Source: Erysipelotrichaceae bacterium (lineage in GTDB: Bacteria > Bacillota_I > Bacilli_A > Erysipelotrichales > Coprobacillaceae). Taken from it: DNA of 32,000 nucleotides. Below the pieces are notes generated by a model, which was not told where the DNA came from, ran no database searches, and saw only the letters and a program-made list of their open reading frames with translations. Position numbers and translations under genes: made by a program. Where the stretch lies: NCBI GenBank assembly GCA_028698185.1, contig JAQVDW010000006.1, positions 1 to 32,000 of the forward strand, written 5' to 3'. This document shows positions 7,343 through 16,908 of this stretch, piece by piece (positions within the stretch are counted from its first letter, which is position 1; every line of letters begins with the position of its first letter).

Positions 7343-8503
7343 ATGAAACCAAAAACTGATCGCCCCATGATAAAATTTGCTTGGGTGATGAAAATGCGAT
7401 GTCCACAATGCCATAATGATGATCCGCTTTATTTCTACAGTCTTGACGGCCGGTATTATTGCCGGAAATGCATCAGCTTCCAGAGGGTTTTTGTCGACGA
7501 AATCCTGGAAACGAAGCACAAAAGCGATAACCGCCAGGTGGATTACCATCTTGACTTCGATCTGACCCCTGCCCAAAAAAACCTTTCAGCCAGACTGCTG
7601 ACCAATTACAAAAACGGCCAAAACAGCCAGGTCAAGGCTGTCTGCGGGGCCGGCAAGACCGAGATAGTCTACGAAGTGATAAAATCCGCTTTGAACGACA
7701 ACGATCGGGTCTGTTTCACCACGCCCCGCAAGGAGCTGATCAAGGAACTTGGCGCAAGGATCCAACGGGATTTTTCGAACATCGAGGTGACGCTGGTATA
7801 CGGGGGCCACTGCGATAATGTCGCGGGTCCGTTTATCATCTGCACGACCCACCAGCTCTATCGCTACCATCAGACATTCGATCTGATGATCATCGACGAA
7901 GTTGACGCTTTTCCGTTTGCGGGCAACGACCTGCTTTCAAGCCTGTTCTTCCAGGCGATAAAGGGAAGCTACATCATGATGTCGGCAACCAATGCCAGAT
8001 GCGATTTCCAACTCAATGCGCGGTTTCACGGCCATCCACTGCCAGTGCCAAAGTGCCTGTGCCTGCCCGGTTTAATTGCCGCGGCGATGATGGTTAAGGA
8101 TATCTTAGCCTGGAAAAGCAAAAGCAAGCCGGCACTGATTTTCGTTCCGACAATCGCCAGGACGGCTTCCATCAAGAGGCTGCTTGCTTTGTTCAAGATC
8201 AAATGCGAAATCGCCCATTCGAAGATTCCAGACGTGGAAAAGCTGATTGGAAATCTCAAGGCGCACCGGTACGACTGCATCGTGACAACAACCTTGCTCG
8301 AGCGAGGAATCACGATTGCCAACGTCCAGGTGCTCGTCATTGAAGGTGACCATCCGACTTATTCATTGGAGACTCTCATCCAGATTTGCGGGAGGGTCGG
8401 TCGCAAAAAGGAATATCCCGGCGGGGAAGTAAAAATCTACGCCCGGCGCCAGACAAAGGAGATAAGACAATGCATCCAAGCGATCAAAAAGGCCAATGCT
8501 TGA
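7343..8503 (+). CDS. comFA: ComFA-like DEAD/DEAH-box helicase (DNA uptake ATPase); start uncertain
   Basis: N-terminal 4-Cys zinc ribbon (CPQC...CRKC), Walker A (CGAGKTE), Walker B (IIDEVD) and a helicase C domain (TTLLERGIT..QICGRVGR). The track start 7262 (TTG) overlaps the divergent HAD gene. In-frame ATGs lie at 7301, 7343, 7367, 7388 and 7394, and none has a strong RBS. Confidence 0.85.
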   Translation: MKPKTDRPMIKFAWVMKMRCPQCHNDDPLYFYSLDGRYYCRKCISFQRVFVDEILETKHKSDNRQVDYHLDFDLTPAQKNLSARLLTNYKNGQNSQVKAVCGAGKTEIVYEVIKSALNDNDRVCFTTPRKELIKELGARIQRDFSNIEVTLVYGGHCDNVAGPFIICTTHQLYRYHQTFDLMIIDEVDAFPFAGNDLLSSLFFQAIKGSYIMMSATNARCDFQLNARFHGHPLPVPKCLCLPGLIAAAMMVKDILAWKSKSKPALIFVPTIARTASIKRLLALFKIKCEIAHSKIPDVEKLIGNLKAHRYDCIVTTTLLERGITIANVQVLVIEGDHPTYSLETLIQICGRVGRKKEYPGGEVKIYARRQTKEIRQCIQAIKKANA

Positions 8504-9171
8504 TTTGTTTTGCCCCTTTGGATGATGACTGCGCTCTTTTTTCCCTGCTTTATCATCCCCCTATTTGCCAGAATTGCCTGCATCGCTTCGAAGCGACGTC
8601 GGGCAATTTTTCCGTTTCCAAAAAGCCTTTGGCCATCCTCTACCACTACAATGAATTTTTCAAAAAAGTCCTGTTCAACTACAAGGGCCGTGACGATTAT
8701 GCCCTGAAGGATGCCTTCCTTGCCAATCATCTTTCCCGTTTGAAAAAACAGTATGCCAGCCACCTGGTTGTCATCGCGCCCTCAAGCGAACCCGACAACA
8801 GCCGCCGCGGTTTCTGCCCCAATCTGGCCATTGCCCGGACTTTCACTAATGACATTTTCACAGGGATCACCAAGAAACACTTTTACAAGCAGACCAGCCA
8901 GATCCGTCGCGAGCTGGTCAAGGATGCTTTGAAAATCGAGTGTGGCGATCGGCTATGGGGAAGAAAGGTCCTAATATTCGACGATGTGATCACTTCGGGC
9001 AGCACCATCAAAGCAATGATCGGACTGATCATGCCCTACCAGCCAGAAAGCGTGGAGATCCTCGTACTCGCTTCAAGCCACCCCGCCCGATTCGCCCCCG
9101 ATAAAAAACGCAGTTTCCATTATCGGCTTTTGGCTGCCCTCAACATAAAAAGATGCAAGCGCTTAGATTGA
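8470..9171 (+). CDS. comFC: ComFC-like phosphoribosyltransferase-domain competence protein
   Basis: N-terminal CLIC...CQNC zinc ribbon and PRTase motif VLIFDDVITSGSTI. The ATG at 8470 has an AAGGAG RBS (8455-8460) and overlaps the comFA 3' end by 34 nt. Confidence 0.88.
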   Translation: MHPSDQKGQCLICFAPLDDDCALFSLLYHPPICQNCLHRFEATSGNFSVSKKPLAILYHYNEFFKKVLFNYKGRDDYALKDAFLANHLSRLKKQYASHLVVIAPSSEPDNSRRGFCPNLAIARTFTNDIFTGITKKHFYKQTSQIRRELVKDALKIECGDRLWGRKVLIFDDVITSGSTIKAMIGLIMPYQPESVEILVLASSHPARFAPDKKRSFHYRLLAALNIKRCKRLD

Positions 9172-9189
9172 AAAAATACGGATTTCAGT

Positions 9190-9218
9190 TTGAATTTTGA
9201 ATTTTGGAGGCTTATAAT
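9190..9218 (+). promoter_or_regulatory. Promoter of the ClC channel gene
   Basis: TTGAAT (9190-9195), a 17-nt spacer, then TATAAT (9213-9218). The -35 is part of a tandem ttgaattt ttgaattt duplication. Confidence 0.7.
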
Positions 9219-9247
9219 AAGACTGTTTGTAAGGGGGTATTTAATCA

Positions 9248-10807
9248 ATGAATCATAGAATTAAGGAAATCATCGCGTTTGACGACAACAGCCGGGTCCG
9301 TCTAATTATCGAGGCCTTCGTCGTCGGGATCCTTTCGGGAATCGTGATTGTCGCCTATCGCTGGTGCCTTAAAGCGGCAAGCAACTGCCTGCACCTGATA
9401 ATCGAAGCGACCCAGGACAACGTCCTGCTTATCGGAGTTTGGTTTTTGATCCTGGGCATCATGGCGTATCTGGTTTCCTTGCTTGTCACAAAGGAGCCGC
9501 TGATTTCCGGTTCCGGAATCCCGCAACTTGAAGCCGAATTGACCGGACATCTTTCAACCAAATGGTATCGGGTGCTAATAAACAAATTCATCGGTGGATT
9601 TCTCGCCCTGTTCGCCGGTCTGTCTCTGGGCCGCGAAGGACCAAGCATCCAGCTTGGCGCTATGCTTGGCAAAGGGATTTCGAAAACTCTCAACCGTTCC
9701 AAAAACGAGGAACGTTATCTGATGACCTGCGGCGCAAGCGCCGGACTGGCCGCGGCATTCCATGCACCCCTGGCCGGGGTGATGTTTGCGATTGAAGAAG
9801 TCCACAAGCAGTTCTCGATTGCCCTGCTTTTGGCTGTTATGACCTCGTCACTGACTGCCGACTATTTCATTTCCGCAATATTGGGGATGGAACCGATATT
9901 CGACTTTACGATAACCAGGTCGTTCACTCCGGATTTCTTTCCCATCCTCATCGTTCTGGGAGTCATCCTGGGCTTCGGGGGCGTAATTTACAACAGCTCC
10001 CTGCTCAAGATCCAGAAAATGTACAGCCATCCATCGTTGAACCAGTTCAAGAAACTGCTGATCCCCTTCATGCTTGCGGGTGTCATCGCCTATACCTTCC
10101 CGATCCTTCTAGGGGGCGGGGATGCGATAATCGAACAGCTCAATGTCGCCAACTTCGCGACGACTTCCCTGATTGTCATCCTGATTGGAAAACTTCTGTT
10201 TTCCCTGATCTCATTCAACTCCGGGGCGCCCGGGGGGATATTCTTCCCGATGCTCGTTTTAGGCAGCATCATCGGCAAGATTGCCGCCAATATCGCAGTC
10301 AACAACTTCGGGATTGACCCGATCTATGTCGACAACTTCATCATCGTCGCCATGGCCGGGCTTTTCAGTTCGATTGTCAAGGCTCCCGTCACCGGAATCA
10401 TCCTGATATTCGAGATGACCGGCTCTTTGACCAGCTTGCTGGCGATCTCGTTTGTTTCAATCGTCTCTTTCATCGTTTCCGAGATATGCCGTTCCAAACC
10501 GATCTACGACAGCCTGCTCGAGAACCTGCTCAAACGCAACTGCGATTTCGAGTATCAAAAAAACCTTGCCGACGATAAGGTTCTCCAGACTTTCTTCGTC
10601 CATAATGACAGCCCCATCGCTTCCAAAAAAATCAAGGAGCTGATGTGGCCCGAAAACGTCCTGCTTGTCTCAATCAAACGGGGTCATCATGAGATAATAC
10701 CCAACGGCAATACGGTGGTCGAAGTCAATGACCGGCTTCTAGTCATCTGCAACGTCGAGCAGCAGTCGACAACCTACGATTATCTGCTGTTGCTCACCTC
10801 GAGCTAA
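9248..10807 (+). CDS. ClC-family chloride channel / H+-Cl- antiporter with a C-terminal TrkA-C (RCK_C) domain
   Basis: 519 aa with ClC selectivity motifs GSGIPQ, GREGP and GAPGGIFFP. It has many TM segments and a soluble C-terminal domain (VHNDSPIASKKIKEL...VVEVNDRLLVI). Confidence 0.92.
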   Translation: MNHRIKEIIAFDDNSRVRLIIEAFVVGILSGIVIVAYRWCLKAASNCLHLIIEATQDNVLLIGVWFLILGIMAYLVSLLVTKEPLISGSGIPQLEAELTGHLSTKWYRVLINKFIGGFLALFAGLSLGREGPSIQLGAMLGKGISKTLNRSKNEERYLMTCGASAGLAAAFHAPLAGVMFAIEEVHKQFSIALLLAVMTSSLTADYFISAILGMEPIFDFTITRSFTPDFFPILIVLGVILGFGGVIYNSSLLKIQKMYSHPSLNQFKKLLIPFMLAGVIAYTFPILLGGGDAIIEQLNVANFATTSLIVILIGKLLFSLISFNSGAPGGIFFPMLVLGSIIGKIAANIAVNNFGIDPIYVDNFIIVAMAGLFSSIVKAPVTGIILIFEMTGSLTSLLAISFVSIVSFIVSEICRSKPIYDSLLENLLKRNCDFEYQKNLADDKVLQTFFVHNDSPIASKKIKELMWPENVLLVSIKRGHHEIIPNGNTVVEVNDRLLVICNVEQQSTTYDYLLLLTSS

Positions 10808-10808
10808 A

Positions 10809-10839
10809 AACCTGACCAAAAACGGTCAGGTTCTTTTTT
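10809..10839. terminator. Bidirectional intrinsic terminator (ClC gene / degV)
   Basis: A perfect 9-bp stem aacctgacc / ggtcaggtt with a 6-nt loop. A T-run lies at 10834-10839 and an A-run at 10806-10810. Confidence 0.8.
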
Positions 10840-11701
10840 AATCCACCAACTTGATATATTGGTATCCGATTCCGCCGATTCCCATATGGGCGCCGACGAC
10901 CGAAGGCAAAAGGGCGATCTCGATATTGTCGCAAGGCCCGATTTTCGCGATGAGATATTCCTTCATCGCCAATGCCATGTCCGGATCCAGAACGTGCTGG
11001 ATGGTAATCAGGTAATCCTTGTTGTTGACCCCTTCTTCAACTATGGCATCGACAATAAGCCGGTTGGCTTTCTTGGCTGTGCGCACCTGGCTGTACTTGT
11101 CAATCTTGCCACCAAGTTCATGATTGAGTTTCATGATCGGGACAATCTTGAGCATCTTCCCAAGCATCGCCACCGCCGGGGTTATCCGTCCGCCCCGCTG
11201 GAGCTGGTCGAGATTCGGGGTGGTGATGAAGGTGGCCGCGTTTTCCACCGCCTCCTTCAAGATGGCTTCGATATTCTTAACGGGCAGACCCCGCTCGATC
11301 AGCCTCTTGGCTAGAAATGCCAGATAGCGGTGGTTGGCGGCAGTCGATTTGGAATCGATCAGGGTAATTTGAATCTGCTCCATATCCGCCCCGAGCGCCA
11401 TCCCGTTGAGAGTCGCAGAAAGACCGGTCGCTATCGATATCCCGATTATATGATCATAGCCGGCGGCTTTTATCGCCTGGATCTGGGCAACGATGTCGCC
11501 GGTCGCCGGCTGGGATGTCTTGACCACGATATTCTCCCGGGCCATCTTCCTGAACACTTCCTCATTGGAGATGTCAATGAGATCCCGATAACTTTTCTGG
11601 TTGATCTCGATGGCAAGGCTGGCCGAAAAAATCCCCTCATCATCCATGGTGCCCGGGGCGATCTGGCACCCGCTGTCCACTAAAACCGCTATTTTTGTCA
11701 T
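10838..11701 (-). CDS. DegV family fatty-acid-binding protein
   Basis: 287 aa starting MTKIAVLVDSG, typical DegV/EDD-fold sequence. I trimmed the start to ATG 11701, which has a GGAGG RBS. Confidence 0.9.
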   Translation of the reverse strand: MTKIAVLVDSGCQIAPGTMDDEGIFSASLAIEINQKSYRDLIDISNEEVFRKMARENIVVKTSQPATGDIVAQIQAIKAAGYDHIIGISIATGLSATLNGMALGADMEQIQITLIDSKSTAANHRYLAFLAKRLIERGLPVKNIEAILKEAVENAATFITTPNLDQLQRGGRITPAVAMLGKMLKIVPIMKLNHELGGKIDKYSQVRTAKKANRLIVDAIVEEGVNNKDYLITIQHVLDPDMALAMKEYLIAKIGPCDNIEIALLPSVVGAHMGIGGIGYQYIKLVD

Positions 11702-11785
11702 ATATGCTTCCTCCTTGTCTACTACAATGATACAAAATAATTCCACCTCTTGCAAGCGCCCCTACTTTTTTCTTGTCTGATTTGG

Positions 11786-11794
11786 TGCTATAAT
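11786..11794 (+). promoter_or_regulatory. Extended -10 promoter element upstream of yigZ
   Basis: TGcTATAAT at 11786-11794 with no good -35. The predicted start lies almost at the RBS, so the leader would be very short. Confidence 0.4.
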
Positions 11795-11812
11795 GGCTTT
11801 GGAGGACTTTTA

Positions 11813-12406
11813 ATGAAATCAATCAAAGAATTGACAACTTACCAATGGGAGATCAAGAAATCGACCTTTATCACCACCCTGATTCCTTGTGATGATGAAC
11901 AAAAGGCCAAAGAAATAATCGCGAAGCACCAGGAAAAATATCATGACGCCACCCATAACTGCGTCGCCTACATCATCAACAACTCGATGCGTTTCGACGA
12001 TGATGGGGAACCAAACAAGACCGCCGGGATGCCGATGCTCAATGTCCTGCAAAAACAGGAGCTCACCAACATCATCGCCATTGTCACCCGCTATTTTGGC
12101 GGAATCAAGCTGGGCGCGGGCGGTCTGACCCGGGCGTACACTAGAAGCGTCTCCGACGCCATAAAGGAAGCGACGATAATCGAGAAACAGCTCGTGCCCC
12201 GTTATCTTATCACGGTCGAGTATCATTTCGCCAACAAGATCGAGCATCTGCTCAATTCCCGCAATGTTCCGATCATCGCCAAGGATTACGGAAATGACGT
12301 GACATTCGAATGCCATATCAAGGATCCGGCCCTGCTCGATGAGATCCAGAATTACACGAACAACAACTACCTCGCTGAATTCGTCCAGGAAGACTACATA
12401 GAATAG
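11813..12406 (+). CDS. yigZ: YigZ / IMPACT (UPF0029) family protein
   Basis: 197 aa with the family core HNCVAYI...DDDGEPNKTAGMPML...IVTRYFGGIKLGAGGL. GGAGGA RBS at 11801-11806. Confidence 0.88.
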   Translation: MKSIKELTTYQWEIKKSTFITTLIPCDDEQKAKEIIAKHQEKYHDATHNCVAYIINNSMRFDDDGEPNKTAGMPMLNVLQKQELTNIIAIVTRYFGGIKLGAGGLTRAYTRSVSDAIKEATIIEKQLVPRYLITVEYHFANKIEHLLNSRNVPIIAKDYGNDVTFECHIKDPALLDEIQNYTNNNYLAEFVQEDYIE

Positions 12407-12417
12407 GAGTGATTTTA

Positions 12418-12873
12418 ATGAGCCAAAAGAACGAATTGTACCAGACTTACGTCAAAAACAAACTGATTCCCTACAGTTCCAACCACGAACTGCTCAATAT
12501 CCACCTGATCGACCTCAAGATCCTCGCGATGCTTTACGACCTGGCAATGGTGGCCAACGACGCCAAAGTCTTCAGTTTCTGGGACAAGAGCCCGGTTGAA
12601 AGCGAAGCTTTGAGGGAAAATTATCTCAACGGCTTGAAGACCCTTATCGCCCTTGGTTACGAAATCAAGGTCGACCGGCTCAAGAACTTCCAGGAGATAC
12701 CAGAAGAGACGGCCCTTTCCGACCTGTTTTTCAGGCTCTACCAGGATATTTTCAAAATCAAGCAGAACTATAGCTTTGCCGACTACGAAAACACCTTCGA
12801 CGATTACTTGGCTTTGGGATTCACGCTGGGATTTGACCTCGAAACCATCACTGCAGCGCTTAACGGGCAGTAA
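12418..12873 (+). CDS. Hypothetical protein resembling the dimeric all-alpha dUTPase family, with acidic metal-ligand positions substituted
   Basis: 151 aa. AGGAG RBS at 12405-12409, 8 nt before the ATG at 12418. The resemblance (LAMLYDLAMVANDAKVFSFWDK; LRENYLNGLKTLIALG) comes from memory of the family pattern, not from a search. Confidence 0.6.
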   Translation: MSQKNELYQTYVKNKLIPYSSNHELLNIHLIDLKILAMLYDLAMVANDAKVFSFWDKSPVESEALRENYLNGLKTLIALGYEIKVDRLKNFQEIPEETALSDLFFRLYQDIFKIKQNYSFADYENTFDDYLALGFTLGFDLETITAALNGQ

Positions 12874-12876
12874 AAA

Positions 12877-12914
12877 AGAAGCTTGGATTATTTATCCGGG
12901 CTTCTTTTTGTTTT
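12877..12914 (+). terminator. Intrinsic terminator after the dUTPase-like gene
   Basis: A 10-bp stem agaagcttgg / ccgggcttct (two G-U pairs on the + strand) with a 9-nt loop, followed by tttttgtttt. Confidence 0.7.
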
Positions 12915-15900
12915 ATGATAATGAGTATAAGCCAAGCAGTTCGATGATCCGTCTGATGACGTTTTCATCGTTCTTGACGCTTACCGTGATCTTTCCTTCA
13001 AACTGTTTGAAACGGGGTTTGGTGAACAGGCGGTTGATGTCCACAAAGAATTCATCGCCTTTGATCTTCTGTGCAAATTCTTTCTTGAATACAAGCACCA
13101 CAAAATCATCCTCGTTGAGGATATCCTCGATGTTCTGATCGGTCGCGAGGATATCGAGCTTTCTTTTCAAAACAAGGTTTTCGACCACTTCAGGAAGATG
13201 GCCATAAAAATCAAGGAACTCGTTTTTCAGGGCGTCGATTGTCTTGATCGTTGTCGCACCCTCGATTTTCTGGTACAGTTCGAGCTTCTCGATGTCGCTG
13301 TCGATGTATTCCTCAGGAATATAGCCGTCGAGCTTCAATGAAGTGGTGATGATGTTCTTTTCCTTTGGCTTCTTGACCAGGCCGTCTTTTTTGAGCTGGA
13401 TGGCTTCCTGGAGAATCTTCATGTACATGTCGAAACCGACCGTATCGATATAACCCGACTGGCTGCCGCCTAGAATATCACCAGAACCACGGATTGAAAG
13501 GTCGCGCATCGCGATCTTGTAACCCGAACCAAGCTCGGTGAACTCCTTGATGGCCTTGAGCCGCTTGCTGGCCTCCTCGTTGAGGATTTTGTTTTTCTGG
13601 TACATCAAATAGGCGTAGCTTGTCCGGCGGCCCCGGCCAACCCGGCCCTTGATCTGGTAAAGCTGCGAGAGGCCGAAGTGGTCGGCATCCTCGACAATCA
13701 TCGTATTGGCGTTGGTGATGTCGATCCCGGTTTCGATGATTGTCGTGCACACCAGGATGTCATACTCGTGGTTGACAAAATCGACCATCACCCGTTCTAG
13801 CTCCGCTTTGGACATCTGGCCATGGCCTATGGCAATCCGGGCTTTGGGCAACATCTGCTGCAGGTTGAAAGCCAGATTGTGGATCCGGCTGACATCATTG
13901 AAGGGGTAGAAAACCTGGCCGTTGCGGGCCAATTCCCGTTCGATGACCTGTTTGACTAGAGTATTGTTTTTCTCGATCACATAGGTCTGCACCGGAAGCC
14001 GGTCGTTAGGCGGGGTGTTGATTTGCGAGAAACCACGGATGCCCATAAGTGACATGTGGAGCGTCCGGGGAATCGGCGTGGCGGAAAGGGTCAGCACATC
14101 GATCGTCTTGCGGTACTGCTTTATGGCCTCTTTTTGCTTGACGCCAAAACGCTGTTCCTCGTCGATGATCAACAGTCCGATATCCTTGAACTCGATATCC
14201 TTTGAAAGGATCCGATGGGTTCCGATCACGAAATCGATCAAACCGGTTTTGACCCCTTCAAGAATCACCTTTTTCTCCTTGGCGCTGGTGAAGCGATTGA
14301 GCAGAGCGATATTGACCGGCGTGTTCTTGAACCGAGCCTTGGCGGTATTGTAATGCTGCATCGAGAGGATGGTTGTCGGACACAGGTAAGCCACCTGTTT
14401 GCCGGCATTGCACGCCTTGAAGGCGGCCCTGAACGCGACTTCAGTCTTCCCGAAGCCGACATCGCCGCAAAGCAGCCGGTCCATCGGCAGCGGGCTTTGC
14501 ATGTCCTTTTTGATTTCCGCCACCGAACGCAGCTGGTCGCGGGTCAGTTCATAGCCAAACTCAGATTCAAAATCAAGCTGTTCCTGATTGTCCTCAGGAA
14601 AGACGAAACCGACCTGCTTGAGCCTTTGCGAATATATCTCAATCAGACCTTCGGCAATGTCGTCAACCTGGTTCTTGATCTTCTGTTTTGTACGCTGCCA
14701 CTTGTTGTCGCCTAGACTGTGGAGCGCCGGCACCTTGCCGCTGGCCGAAGAATATTTACGGATGAGCTTGAACTGCTCGACTGGAATATAGAGCTTGTCG
14801 TCGTGAGCATAAGCTACGTGGAGATAATCTTTCGAGTAGCCCTGGACCTGGAGCGTCTTGATGCCTAGATACTGCCCGATCCCGTGGTTGTCATGGACGA
14901 CATAGTCGCCCACACTTAGATCCTGGTAGCTCGAGATCATCTTGGCTTCCTTGTATTGGAAATGTTTGATCTTGGTTGCGGTCTTGACGAAGATCTCCTT
15001 GGCCGTGATGATGGCCACCTTTTCATCGAGGAGCTCGACCCCAAACGGGATGGTCCCGGCATAAAGGTTGATTCCCTGATTGAGGACATCCTTGGTGCCC
15101 ACCAATGAGAACTGGAGGCCATGGCGCTCGAAAAACTCGCTCATCAATCCGGACTGGTGGCCGTTTTCCACGCAGATAAGGACGCGGTTGGAATTAAGAT
15201 AATCCTTGAGCCCCCCAAGGAGGATGTTCTCGTTGTCGAAACGCTCCTGAATCCGCCTTGTGTTGAAGGTCACCGCCCCGGGTTCCAGCGAGAAATTCTC
15301 GATGCAGGTGTGATCCTTGACCAGCTTCGTGTAATCCAGGAAATAATCGAGATCCTTGAAGGCTTTGCCGATGGTAACCAGTTCGAGATAATAGTTGAAG
15401 TTTTCCTCGACATAACGCAGGTAGCTCTGGTCAATCGCCTCTTTTTGCCCCAGGACAACCTGATAGCCCTCGAGATAGTCGAAGATGCTTGTCGCGGTTT
15501 TGCCAAGGCTGTAATACTTGTACATCGTCGCATCGCTTGAGCTCTTGAGGTTCTCGATTTCGATGGCGACCATCTCTTCGAAGTCGTCGCGATATTGCTC
15601 AAGCACCTCAGGCAATGTTCCCTGGCGCAGCTTCTCGATTTCCCCCTTGTTGCTGGCAAGAAAATCGCGGTCGTAAAGGACATCGCTGGCGGGAATGATC
15701 CGGACATTATTGACCTTCTCGATCGAACGGTTGTTCTCCTCGTTGAAAAAACGGATTTCGTCAATCTCGTCATCGAAAAAATCGATCCGGACTGGATGGT
15801 CGAAATTGACCGGGTAGATGTCGATGATCCCGCCCCGTCGGGCATAATACATCATCTGGTCGGCTTTGACCGCCCGCTTGTACCCCGCTTCGACCAGCAG

Positions 15901-16344
15901 CGTCTGGAGATTGTCGATACCGATGCGTTGGCTTACCGCCAGATCGATCGTCCTGGAAACAAACGTCTCCTTGGAAGGCACATAGCGGATAACAGAATGC
16001 ACATGGCCGATCAATACCTTCGGTTCTCGTGTCACCAGGGAGCTAAGGGTCATGATTCGCTGTCTTTGCAGCTCAGGCGAAGAGGCGAGGGCCTCGACCC
16101 GGAACGATTCGTCGCTGCCAAAAAACAGGACATCCTCATTTAAAAAACCGCTCACAAGCTCATAGAGCATGTTGGCCTCATAGAAGTTTGGCTTGATTAC
16201 AAGCAAAGGCTGTTTAGACTTCAAAAAGGCACTGGATATAAGGAGTGCCTCATCATAGATGTCATTAACAAGCACATAGTCTTTTTTCTCAAGCAAGGCA
16301 TTGACCGCCTTGTTGTCTTTGATAATGCTTATCAATTTATTCAT
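12913..16344 (-). CDS. mfd: Transcription-repair coupling factor
   Basis: 1143 aa with superfamily-2 helicase motifs (GDVGFGKTEVA, IIDEEQRFGV, SATPIPRTL) and UvrB-homology and TRG-type regions. It sits immediately downstream of pth, as in most Bacillota. Confidence 0.96.
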   Translation of the reverse strand: MNKLISIIKDNKAVNALLEKKDYVLVNDIYDEALLISSAFLKSKQPLLVIKPNFYEANMLYELVSGFLNEDVLFFGSDESFRVEALASSPELQRQRIMTLSSLVTREPKVLIGHVHSVIRYVPSKETFVSRTIDLAVSQRIGIDNLQTLLVEAGYKRAVKADQMMYYARRGGIIDIYPVNFDHPVRIDFFDDEIDEIRFFNEENNRSIEKVNNVRIIPASDVLYDRDFLASNKGEIEKLRQGTLPEVLEQYRDDFEEMVAIEIENLKSSSDATMYKYYSLGKTATSIFDYLEGYQVVLGQKEAIDQSYLRYVEENFNYYLELVTIGKAFKDLDYFLDYTKLVKDHTCIENFSLEPGAVTFNTRRIQERFDNENILLGGLKDYLNSNRVLICVENGHQSGLMSEFFERHGLQFSLVGTKDVLNQGINLYAGTIPFGVELLDEKVAIITAKEIFVKTATKIKHFQYKEAKMISSYQDLSVGDYVVHDNHGIGQYLGIKTLQVQGYSKDYLHVAYAHDDKLYIPVEQFKLIRKYSSASGKVPALHSLGDNKWQRTKQKIKNQVDDIAEGLIEIYSQRLKQVGFVFPEDNQEQLDFESEFGYELTRDQLRSVAEIKKDMQSPLPMDRLLCGDVGFGKTEVAFRAAFKACNAGKQVAYLCPTTILSMQHYNTAKARFKNTPVNIALLNRFTSAKEKKVILEGVKTGLIDFVIGTHRILSKDIEFKDIGLLIIDEEQRFGVKQKEAIKQYRKTIDVLTLSATPIPRTLHMSLMGIRGFSQINTPPNDRLPVQTYVIEKNNTLVKQVIERELARNGQVFYPFNDVSRIHNLAFNLQQMLPKARIAIGHGQMSKAELERVMVDFVNHEYDILVCTTIIETGIDITNANTMIVEDADHFGLSQLYQIKGRVGRGRRTSYAYLMYQKNKILNEEASKRLKAIKEFTELGSGYKIAMRDLSIRGSGDILGGSQSGYIDTVGFDMYMKILQEAIQLKKDGLVKKPKEKNIITTSLKLDGYIPEEYIDSDIEKLELYQKIEGATTIKTIDALKNEFLDFYGHLPEVVENLVLKRKLDILATDQNIEDILNEDDFVVLVFKKEFAQKIKGDEFFVDINRLFTKPRFKQFEGKITVSVKNDENVIRRIIELLGLYSLS

Positions 16345-16347
16345 TTT

Positions 16348-16908
16348 TTACCTCTGGTTAAACTTGTTCATCGCCTTGGTGAAATCCTCCTGTATGGACA
16401 ATTTCAGTGCCGCACTGGCCAAAGCGATGCTCTCTTGAAGGACTGGTTGTTCTTCCTTGGTGAATTTTCCTAGGACGTAGTCGACAACCGGGATGAACTT
16501 GTCGCGGTCGATTCCCACCCGGATGCGATTGAAATTCTGGGTCTTGAGATGTCCCACGATGCTCTTGATTCCGTTGTGGCCCCCGGGGGAACCTTTGGTG
16601 CGCAGACGGATCTTGCCTACAGGCAGGTCCAGGTCGTCATAGACGACGATGACATCCTCGATTGGAATCTTGAAATAATTCATGAAATGAATCATCGAAT
16701 CCCCCGAAAGGTTCATGTATGTCTGGGGCTTGAGCAGTACCACATCCTCGCCGTCAACTTTGCCTTTGCCATAAAGACCCTGGAACTTGTTCTGGTCGAC
16801 GGGTATGTTGAGTTGCCTTGCCAGTTCATCAACCACCATAAACCCGCAGTTATGGCGGGTTTTTTCATATTTTCTGCCGGGGTTTCCCAACCCCACTATC
16901 AATTTCAC
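16348..16908 (-). CDS. pth: Peptidyl-tRNA hydrolase
   Basis: 186 aa starting MKLIVGLGNPG...TRHNCGF. It has a GTG start overlapping the pulA stop (GTGA), and its stop lies 3 nt before the mfd start. Confidence 0.95.
   Translation of the reverse strand: MKLIVGLGNPGRKYEKTRHNCGFMVVDELARQLNIPVDQNKFQGLYGKGKVDGEDVVLLKPQTYMNLSGDSMIHFMNYFKIPIEDVIVVYDDLDLPVGKIRLRTKGSPGGHNGIKSIVGHLKTQNFNRIRVGIDRDKFIPVVDYVLGKFTKEEQPVLQESIALASAALKLSIQEDFTKAMNKFNQR

Noticed and set aside
9172-9247. Fluoride (crcB-motif) riboswitch upstream of the ClC gene.
   Set aside because: The predicted leader is only about 25 nt, and the channel has canonical chloride-type motifs (GSGIPQ, GREGP) rather than ClC-F features.
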